Positions 41,322 to 48,851 of a stretch of 64,000 nt of DNA are shown one piece after another. This DNA comes from a virus. The notes under the pieces are model-generated. The model had not been told where the DNA came from and searched no databases. It worked only from the letters and a program-made list of their open reading frames with translations. The stretch's first letter is position 1, and each line of letters begins with the position of its first letter. The stretch is taken from the IMG/VR virus record IMGVR_UViG_3300043464_002365, positions 9,877 to 73,876 of that record; one strand, 5' to 3'. A program made the translations under genes and the position numbers.

Positions 41322-41352
41322 CAGGCTCTCTCCTCAGTGAGAGAGCCTGTTC
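41322..41352 (+). terminator. hairpin ending the acidic-gene operon
   Basis: CAGGCTCTCTC-CTCAGT-GAGAGAGCCTG-TTCT. Confidence 0.6.
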
Positions 41353-41437
41353 TCTGTGAAAAGTGGGAGCATCTCATCAATTCTCATTGAGTCTCACTTT
41401 GATTCTCAATAACGCCGCTTATTGAGAACGCTCTCCT

Positions 41438-41490
41438 TTTGTAACGTATTGTGAAACGGTAGCAACGGATGCAGACGTATGGAGTAGTGT
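41438..41490 (+). promoter_or_regulatory. HLR1-like promoter with no downstream plus-strand ORF
   Basis: TTTGTAAC-GT-ATTGTGAA, 29 nt, TAGTGT. Confidence 0.6.
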
Positions 41491-41599
41491 ACGCTAGGGA
41501 GCAGTAGAAAGGCCGCCAGTGGTTTTGGGGCTGCGGTATATGCTCCGAAATGTGGCGCTAAAAATGATACAGAATTTTCACTTTCCTAAGTATAAATAC

Positions 41600-42190
41600 T
41601 CACCAATTGCACAAATGTTCTTGTGCTTTTAATTCGCGCCACCAAGTATGTGACCGCCCTTGTCCGCGTTGGCAAGGAAGTTGTCCTGGCCACCAATATG
41701 CATTTTTAGAAACGTTTTGAGAAGCTTCTAGTACCATAAGATTTGCTGGTACATGCAAGCCACAAACGAAATCATTTTGCAATGGCACGATATGATCCAC
41801 ATGGAAAGACTGATCAGTAGCTTGTTCGAGCCATTCAGCGTGAAGATAATGAGCCTGCATTTGTTTTCTCATCTCACCCTTTCTAGCCCACGCGGGGCAA
41901 GCATTAAGTTTTTGAGCTTCTCTTAAGCGACTTTTAGCACGCTCTTTGCCAGGGTTTTCTTTTCTCCAGCGTTTAACTCTTGCTCTGACAGTTTCTGCGC
42001 AACGTTTTCCATATTCACGATTCCTAATGCGTTCTTTTTCACGATTTGCTTCTCTATAAGCTGCCCGTGATTTTTTATTGCAAGCTATGCACTCATTGCT
42101 TTTTCCGTCTGTCAGCTTGATGTCGCGATAGAACTCCGTAAATGCTTTGAATGTCCTGCATTTAACACAGGCCTTAATTCCACTCATCAC
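41600..42190 (-). CDS. HNH endonuclease with N-terminal Zn-binding motif
   Basis: C..C...C..C; HVDHIVPLQ...VCGLHVPANL...N..K. Confidence 0.88.
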   Translation of the reverse strand: MMSGIKACVKCRTFKAFTEFYRDIKLTDGKSNECIACNKKSRAAYREANREKERIRNREYGKRCAETVRARVKRWRKENPGKERAKSRLREAQKLNACPAWARKGEMRKQMQAHYLHAEWLEQATDQSFHVDHIVPLQNDFVCGLHVPANLMVLEASQNVSKNAYWWPGQLPCQRGQGRSHTWWRELKAQEHLCNW

Positions 42191-42545
42191 TTTGAAACTG
42201 CTCTGTAAATTTTAACCGGCAAAACCCAGCGGCACTATGCCGAAAGCAAGTCGAAGACGCCGCTTGAGGCATCTCTAGAGATCTCAGACAATTAGCTAGA
42301 CCAATGGAGGCGCCCAAGCGCCGTAATGACGAACAAAGGCCAGTACAAGACAATTCGCACCCTCTCTTCTCCATTGTTTTCTTTCTGTGAAAGGCGGCCC
42401 TAAGGCCGCTGCTCTAGCTTTTTTGTATTGCCACTGTTTTTTAGCCTTTCCCCGGCAGCGACCACAATTTCAGCGACCCATCACATAAGTCTGGGACAGC
42501 TTTTCTAGTACGGGCCTTTTATTTTCGCCGCTTGTCTAGATGCCT

Positions 42546-42629
42546 CGCCCTTGGGGGCTCAGCGTGTCTAGCTTTTCGCGGCTAGTTGGGCCTTTTGTCA
42601 GTAGACGCTCCGCCCTTGGGGGCTACGCT
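42546..42629 (-). repeat. two copies of the AGCCCCCAAGGGCG element (right arm, inverted)
   Basis: See 26882-27007. Confidence 0.9.
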
Positions 42630-42792
42630 CGCTTGATGCGCTGACTGAAGGAGCGTCGTCTAGCCAGGAAGCTGCATCTAGCCCGTATGAGGCAGCAGCT
42701 TCGCTTACGTCTATCGTAACTCACGCTGTTGGGAGTTGTTTTGTCCCTGTTGTCCCGATCCTGTTATGATGAGGGCTCTCAGCGGAGCAAGC

Positions 42793-43488
42793 ATGGTCCA
42801 GCCAAAGGAAAAGAAGCGCAAAACAGAGGGCTGGGTGTATTTCGTTCAATGGGCGAGCATGCCCTATCACGTGAAAATCGGCTTCTCCACGTCACCAGGA
42901 GAACGCTTCGCATCGTTCCTCACGTCATCGCCAGACACGCTGATCGTCGTCAAGGCTTTTGAAGCCAATCGAGACGATGAGCAGGATCTTCACGAGCGTT
43001 TTGACAATTCTCGCCATGCTGGCGAATGGTTCCACCTTTCCATGGCAATCAAAAAATATCTTGAGAATGAAGCTCCTTGTCAAACGCTGGAGGCGAAGAT
43101 TAAATTTGGCAATAGGAACGAAAGTCGCATTCAGTGGACGCCAATGCGACCAGGGCTGGCTCAGTCTCTCGAAAAGCTGCATCAAGAGAAACGCCTGCCT
43201 CGCTATGTGAAGAATGCTCGAACGTTTGTGCTGTGGGCCATTGGAGACATTGAGGCTTGTGATTATTTTGCCACTTCCAATGCCATTATTCACCACGAAG
43301 CCAATCGTGACGCCTATCAAGCCAAAACTGTTTATAACCAACTGATTGCGCTGGAGGAAGAGGAAATGATTATGAAAAAGCCTGGCAAAACATTTGCCTT
43401 GCTTCCGAAAGGAGAGAGTGAGCTAATTGCAGCAGAGAAGGAGAATGCGAAGAAACGCAAAAGCGCACGAAGCTTAAGGCTTGATTAA
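42793..43488 (+). CDS. GIY-YIG (T5orf172-like) protein with C-terminal winged helix
   Basis: WVYFVQ...VKIGFS...E..LH.RF...GEWF. Confidence 0.8.
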   Translation: MVQPKEKKRKTEGWVYFVQWASMPYHVKIGFSTSPGERFASFLTSSPDTLIVVKAFEANRDDEQDLHERFDNSRHAGEWFHLSMAIKKYLENEAPCQTLEAKIKFGNRNESRIQWTPMRPGLAQSLEKLHQEKRLPRYVKNARTFVLWAIGDIEACDYFATSNAIIHHEANRDAYQAKTVYNQLIALEEEEMIMKKPGKTFALLPKGESELIAAEKENAKKRKSARSLRLD

Positions 43489-43564
43489 AAAGAAAGTTTG
43501 TATTAAATGCTGCTTTTCTTTCCATGGAAAAGAACTAGCGTGAGATGATCTTCGCAAAGCTTCT

Positions 43565-43756
43565 ATGTGGGGCCTTCCTGATCGCCAGCCATTTAATATT
43601 GGCCCGTATAAATTGTGGCCATGTTTTAGCAAGCCAGAATTTCAATGGTTTTCTGCTATTGATGGCAAGCCTTATTATTTTCGTACGACCAACGAAGCTA
43701 AATTATTTATTAAGGACTTGCTGGCCATGGACGATGCAGAAGGGCTTTGCGACTAA
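43565..43756 (+). CDS. hypothetical protein
   Basis: 63 aa ORF. Confidence 0.5.
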   Translation: MWGLPDRQPFNIGPYKLWPCFSKPEFQWFSAIDGKPYYFRTTNEAKLFIKDLLAMDDAEGLCD

Positions 43757-43819
43757 GACCGTTTGCGCTAGCCTGCCTTAGTTGATTCTCGGGGGACCAT
43801 GGTCCCCTTTTGTCGTCTT

Positions 43820-45250
43820 ATGAAGCTGAAGGAAAAGGCAAAATGTGAGCCGATTGCCCGGACGGGGCGCGTGCAAAACTGGATGGATGATCCTGATGGG
43901 CGTCTTCCGGTGAGCTGCGCCGTAATGGTCGTAGATGATTCAATGGAAGGGCCGAATGGTATTGAAGCATCATGGCGCTTCACTTCTCATGGTCTTCGTA
44001 ATGGTGCCGGCGTAGCTATTCATCTTTCCAATCTTCGTCCTCGTGGTCAAGAGAATGGTAAAGGCCTCACTGCATCTGGCCCTTGTTCTTTTGGCAAGAT
44101 TTATTCCACTCTTAATGAAGTGATTCGTCGCGGCGGGAAATTTAAGAACGGCGCGGTTGTTTTACATCTTGATTACGACCATCCCGACGCCATGGAATTT
44201 GTTTCCATGACCAGGGCGGAATTGCAATGGGCAAAGCGTGCCATCAATGTTGATGAGCAATTCTTTGAGAAGACCACTCCAGAATTTCGCGCTGCATTGA
44301 TTAAGGCGATTGGCAATGGTGATGTGTGGCTAGTAAAAAAGAAATACAACGCCAAGGGGGAACGCGTTTATTTTCAAGTTTGTCTGGAGGTAGCAATGCC
44401 TTCTCGTGGAACTTGCCTGCTTGAACATGTAAATATGGGCGCTTGCTCCATTGATAATCTTGAAGGCGCATTTATTGCTGGCATGACAGAATTGTGCCAG
44501 CTTCATGCTCGCACTGGTGTAGGCAAAAGCAGCGAATACCTTTCGCCGGAAGTTGACAAACAAGTTGGTCTCGGCGTGCTGGGCCTGGCCAATTTTCTTT
44601 CCATCCATGGAATTAGCTACAAAGAGTTTGGCGAAGCCCTTGATGCTTTCCTGATGGACGATCCACATCCCTGGGCGCATTATTGGACAGATACCGTGGC
44701 CGGAAAAGCCGTCCACGCTCTGTATAAGGGCATTGATAGCGCTGCTGACATTGCTCGTGAGCATGGAATGGAACGGGCTTTTGCCATTGCTCCTACTGCA
44801 TCATGCTCCTATCGCTACCTCGACACTCGTGGCTTTACGACAGCCCCTGAAATCGCTCCTCCCATTGATCGCCTTGTGGATCGCGACAGCGAAACCATGG
44901 GCGTTGAGCGCTTTGAATATGGTCCGGTGGAAATCGCAGAGGAGGTGGGCTGGACTGCTTTCCGTAAAGTAGCAGATGGCATTTGCACTCTTCTCCATCG
45001 CACTGGCTTGTTCCATGGTTATTCCATGAACTGGTGGTCTGACATGGTTTCTTGCGACGAAGCTTTTATCAGGGAATGGCTTGACAGTCCTCAAACTTCT
45101 GTTTATTACGCTCTTCAAGTGCAAGCTGGCACTCAGGCTAAAGACGATGTTGGAGTAGACTTGGAAGAAAGTCTGAGCGATTTCTTCTCTATTGAAGAGA
45201 CAGAAAGCTGCTCACTGGACGGAGGATTCTGCGCAGCATGTGCTGAGTAG
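43820..45250 (+). CDS. nrdA: ribonucleotide reductase alpha subunit, minimal class I (cyanophage type)
   Basis: PVSC, QVCLE, TCLL, AIAPTASCS, SVYY, C-terminal CAAC. Confidence 0.92.
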   Translation: MKLKEKAKCEPIARTGRVQNWMDDPDGRLPVSCAVMVVDDSMEGPNGIEASWRFTSHGLRNGAGVAIHLSNLRPRGQENGKGLTASGPCSFGKIYSTLNEVIRRGGKFKNGAVVLHLDYDHPDAMEFVSMTRAELQWAKRAINVDEQFFEKTTPEFRAALIKAIGNGDVWLVKKKYNAKGERVYFQVCLEVAMPSRGTCLLEHVNMGACSIDNLEGAFIAGMTELCQLHARTGVGKSSEYLSPEVDKQVGLGVLGLANFLSIHGISYKEFGEALDAFLMDDPHPWAHYWTDTVAGKAVHALYKGIDSAADIAREHGMERAFAIAPTASCSYRYLDTRGFTTAPEIAPPIDRLVDRDSETMGVERFEYGPVEIAEEVGWTAFRKVADGICTLLHRTGLFHGYSMNWWSDMVSCDEAFIREWLDSPQTSVYYALQVQAGTQAKDDVGVDLEESLSDFFSIEETESCSLDGGFCAACAE

Positions 45251-45319
45251 TCTCCGTAAATTAATGGGCAGCTTTTGCTGCCCTTTGTTGTCTCTTTTCA
45301 CCATCGTTTTGTAATTAAA

Positions 45320-46045
45320 ATGGCAGTTCTGGATTATTTTTCGGCAGTTGCTCGTAAGCGCCCTTGGGATGCAGTGCCTGTAACCAAGGGCGAATTTGTT
45401 GCCGGTTCGGAAGAAACTATTTTCCGGGCTTTGGCTATTCGTCATCTTGAACTGCCCGTGAAGGACATGCTGCTGGAAGGGCTTCAGCGCGAGCTTCCTA
45501 ATACGCCTGGCCTCATTGAGAGCATTGAAAGCAACATGACCGATGAGGAGCGGCATGACAGGGCTCTTGGCTTTGTCACCGATGCCCATGGCGTAGACGA
45601 AAAGGCCGAAAAGGAAGCCTTTAAGATTCGCCAAGCATGGATTGATCACCCCGCCCACCCTATTGCAAAAGTGGCAACTATTGAGCGGAGCCTATTCTTC
45701 ACTATTCTTCCTTTCTTCCGGTTCAACGGAGACAAAGGACTGCGCACAGTGGCGAGCGACATCTCTAGGGATGAAATTTGCCACTCGTTTTGTAATACTA
45801 AAATCTGTGAAGAAGCCGGTGAAAAATATGGCGAGAGCTTGAACAAGCTTCGCAAGATGACAGCACTGTGGATTTATGACAAACTTGGTTCTTCGTCCAA
45901 TAAATATCTGGACAAAGATTTTTGGTTGCGTCAAAGCGATGCGCTGTTCGTAAGCGGCAAGGCGCCTGAACTTAACGAAACAAGGGCTAGTACGATGCCC
46001 AGCTTTTTTGAATGTAATGCGCTAAATTTGCCACAATATGGTTGA
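45320..46045 (+). CDS. nrdB: ribonucleotide reductase beta subunit (ferritin-like)
   Basis: HLE, DEERH, IERSLFF, SRDEICH; directly follows nrdA. Confidence 0.85.
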   Translation: MAVLDYFSAVARKRPWDAVPVTKGEFVAGSEETIFRALAIRHLELPVKDMLLEGLQRELPNTPGLIESIESNMTDEERHDRALGFVTDAHGVDEKAEKEAFKIRQAWIDHPAHPIAKVATIERSLFFTILPFFRFNGDKGLRTVASDISRDEICHSFCNTKICEEAGEKYGESLNKLRKMTALWIYDKLGSSSNKYLDKDFWLRQSDALFVSGKAPELNETRASTMPSFFECNALNLPQYG

Positions 46046-46094
46046 GCAGGCCTTCCCGACTTATCTCGGCAGGGTTTGATGCTATATTGACCAA

Positions 46095-46350
46095 GTTCCC
46101 GCTCTGCGTTAGCATCGGGCAGATAGAGCCTAAGCCTCTGAAGCGATTAGCACTTGTTAATCGCTTCACGCTTAGGCCATCACCTCCCTCCATTGCTCTG
46201 TCGATGGAGAGCAGCCAGTTCTGAGGTCCGACGTTAGTTCGGGGTGCCTTTCCTGGTTTGCGTGATTCGCCCCCAAGCTTAGCTCTCAAACGGAAACCAA
46301 TTTGTTGGCGCCAACAAAATGGTCTCTAGAGATGATGCTCAAACAGGGGG
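46095..46350 (+). ncRNA. candidate structured RNA
   Basis: TGnTATATT -10 at 46083; several long hairpins; no credible ORF. Confidence 0.5.
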
Positions 46351-46355
46351 CTCCC

Positions 46356-46424
46356 GGCCCTGAAGTGTTGGTACACGCTAGGCAGATAGCCTAGAATTCC
46401 GTGGTTCGATTCCCGGCAGCGCCT
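46356..46424 (+). tRNA. degenerate tRNA-like gene, anticodon GAT (Ile)
   Basis: Cloverleaf GGCCCTG/CAGCGCC, GTGT/ACAC, CTAGG-CAGATAG-CCTAG, GGTTCGATTCC; has mismatches, A33 and no CCA. Confidence 0.6.
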
Positions 46425-46425
46425 T

Positions 46426-47006
46426 ATGGCTCGCTATCGCATTATTGAGAAGCCTTCTTTTGCGGATCCAAGCAAGCCCGTTTTTACAGTGGAGAAGAAG
46501 GTTTGGTTCTGGTGGGAATACGCTGGGCTATTTTGCACGTTTGCGGAAGCCTTTAAGCGTGGGCTTGAGCTGCAAGAAGCCGATAGGAAAGGCGTGGTAA
46601 AAACCAGAGTGGTGGAAGAGTTCAACTAATGATTCCGACTCCTGACCGTGAATTGGTGCTGCGATGGATGGAAAGCAGTGGAGGCTTTGATGTGGTTGAT
46701 ATTGTTCAGCAAGTTGCCACAAAAGCCGCTGCTTGGGGATGGATACAGGCCGAGCCAGGCAAGACCACAAGGATAAGCGATCGCCCTAATCACTTAAGAA
46801 TTGGTGATGTATGGGAATTTGAGACAGAGGTAAAAGAGAAGGGAAAAATGAAGCCCAAGACAATGCAATGGCGCGTTGTTCAATGGCACCCTGGAGAGAT
46901 GGCTTGGCAGCTTCAATCGTTAGACGGAAAATATTTTGAGTATCTATTAACGCATGCTCCTCAGTATGAGGATATGAAATTTATCTGCGCCGGAGAAATG
47001 CAATGA
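46426..47006 (+). CDS. two hypothetical proteins (46426-46629, 46629-47006)
   Basis: Stop/start-coupled ORFs. Confidence 0.55.
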
Positions 47007-47575
47007 GTGCCTTCGTCATCGCAGACACCCATTTCGGGCACGTCAAAAGCTTGTCTTTCATCACGCCTGACGGTTCCCCATTGCGTCCGTTTTCTTCATG
47101 CGAGGAAATGGACGAAACCATGGTGGAACGATGGAACGCAAAAGTAGGCAAGCGTGATACGATTTACCACCTTGGTGACGTGGTCATTCCTCGCGCAAGC
47201 TTAAAGATTCTGGATCGTCTCAATGGAAGAAAGATTCTCATTCGCGGAAATCACGACTTGGGGCGCTTGTCTGATTTCTCAAAGTATTTTGAGGACGTAA
47301 GAGGAGCGTTCTTTCATAATGGTGATTCCACCATGAGAGGAGGCCTAATCTTCACTCATATTCCCGTCCACCCATCGTGCCTTCAAGGGCATTATTTGGG
47401 AAATGTACATGGCCATCTCCATTGTCATCAAATCATCACTGACGGGCAAGTAGACAGGCGGTATTTCAATGCCTGCGTCGAACGCAACAATTTTGCTCCT
47501 GTAGCATTTGAAGATATAAAAGCCTTCTTTAAGGGCGATGACGGAACGCAGAACGTTCAACACGCCCCTGCGTGA
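47003..47575 (+). CDS. calcineurin-like metallophosphoesterase
   Basis: DTHFGH, HLGD, GNHD, THIP, HGHLH. Confidence 0.92.
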   Translation: MSAFVIADTHFGHVKSLSFITPDGSPLRPFSSCEEMDETMVERWNAKVGKRDTIYHLGDVVIPRASLKILDRLNGRKILIRGNHDLGRLSDFSKYFEDVRGAFFHNGDSTMRGGLIFTHIPVHPSCLQGHYLGNVHGHLHCHQIITDGQVDRRYFNACVERNNFAPVAFEDIKAFFKGDDGTQNVQHAPA

Positions 47576-47780
47576 GCCGCTCAATCCCATCATTTATCAA
47601 TCGTTGCGGGCTATTGACTGGCACAATGCCCAGTATTTTCTCACCATGGACCAGTGGCATCTTGAAAAAGCTGCCATCATTAGGCAGTATGTAACAGAAC
47701 TAAAGGCTTGGATTTATGAGCAGGAAGAGTGCGTGGAGAATTTGGGCAAAGGCTTTGGGAGAAAAGGCAAGCAAGCATGA
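47538..47780 (+). CDS. hypothetical protein
   Basis: RTFNTPLREPLNPII...IDWHN pattern familiar from cyanophages. Confidence 0.6.
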   Translation: MTERRTFNTPLREPLNPIIYQSLRAIDWHNAQYFLTMDQWHLEKAAIIRQYVTELKAWIYEQEECVENLGKGFGRKGKQA

Positions 47781-48158
47781 TCACGAAGCAGACAAAGTGG
47801 CGCTGATTCGCACATTGATCTTCGCATCGTATTTAATCACTAATATTGCCATCGTGACCAACGCTTGGCGGCATTGGGAGAAGCAACCTTTGAGTTGTAT
47901 TCAGGCAATAAAAAAGGGAGCTTAAGCTCCCTTCAGGAAAGGCCGAGGAGTAGAGCTAGGAAAACAAGTCCTCCTCCTTTGTGTTCTTTATTCTTCTGTT
48001 GCTTTTGCCTTTTGCGAGAGTCGCGCGAACACTGACGCAGCATAGACATCTTGCCGCCACGTTTTCGTGGTTGCAAAGGGCGAAATTTTCGTGCCATGGA
48101 AAGACGAGGAAAAGGGGGGCTTACGCCCCTGCGACATTACAACAAGACTCGCGCCATG

Positions 48159-48278
48159 TCAAAACCAATGAGGCTTGGGCACGTAAGCGACGCCACGATA
48201 AACGAGGCTTGCATGTTGTGCTTCACGCAGGCGAGCTGCTTTCTCAAGCTGTCGCTTGATGAGGGCGAGTGGGTTCAT
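48159..48278 (-). CDS. DUF4278-like peptide (39 aa)
   Basis: MNPLALIKRQLEKAARLREAQHASLVYRGVAYVPKPHWF; L.YRGV.Y motif; lies behind the riboswitch. Confidence 0.8.
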   Translation of the reverse strand: MNPLALIKRQLEKAARLREAQHASLVYRGVAYVPKPHWF

Positions 48279-48294
48279 GATGGTTCCCGATGAT

Positions 48295-48346
48295 GCTGGT
48301 CCCGTTCCGTACCAGCTAGTCATGCGCCCCTTGAGGGGTGAACGTA
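48295..48346 (-). promoter_or_regulatory. glutamine-II (Downstream-peptide) riboswitch
   Basis: CGUUCA-CCCCUCAAGGGG-CGCA...GCUGGU-ACGGAACG-GG-ACCAGC; -10 TACACT at 48352-48357. Confidence 0.85.
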
Positions 48347-48553
48347 CCATCAGTGTAGCAAAGGGGAGGCTAGAGGAAGTTGAGGGCGCCGAGCGGGGCT
48401 TCAGTCCGCTTTTGTACGACATTTCAGAGCAGGTCGGCCTGCTCCCCTCTTCCCCTGGGGGAACAATGGCGCCTGAAACCATTGTTCCTTTTGAACTAAC
48501 GCTGGCCAGCGTGCTTCGCGAAAGCTCCAAAAGCATAGCATGGTTTCGTGGGT

Positions 48554-48820
48554 TCAAACGTCATATTCTCTACAGGATTGATCTTGGGGATGGGCGCGGC
48601 AGTAGTCATCAAAGCTGTCCTCTCCATCGTGAACAGCCTGTTCAAGCAAGGCAATTTGCTTAATGCGTTTGATGTGCGCCTGAAGCTTTGGCAGGAGAGT
48701 GGGCACGTAAAGATGTTCAGCAGCAAGAAGCTGCAAAGCAGTTTGTCTGTTTGAACTGCCGCATTCAAGCAGGGACACAAGAAACTTTGCCTCCTGCATA
48801 GTTAAATCGTTGCTCTTCAT
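48554..48820 (-). CDS. hypothetical protein with CP12-like C-terminus (FDDYCRAHPQDQSCREYDV)
   Basis: Ends in YC...P....C..YD, matching the CP12 C-terminal signature. Confidence 0.55.
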   Translation of the reverse strand: MKSNDLTMQEAKFLVSLLECGSSNRQTALQLLAAEHLYVPTLLPKLQAHIKRIKQIALLEQAVHDGEDSFDDYCRAHPQDQSCREYDV

Positions 48821-48851
48821 TCCATAGCAGAACTATTGTTTGAAAATCATA

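Noticed and set aside
43820-45250. Class II (B12-dependent) RNR
   Set aside because: It has the C-terminal YY pair and an adjacent ferritin-like beta subunit gene.
46095-46424. tmRNA
   Set aside because: No Ala-type acceptor with G3-U70 or CCA end and no tag reading frame recognised. The 3' part forms a self-contained cloverleaf.
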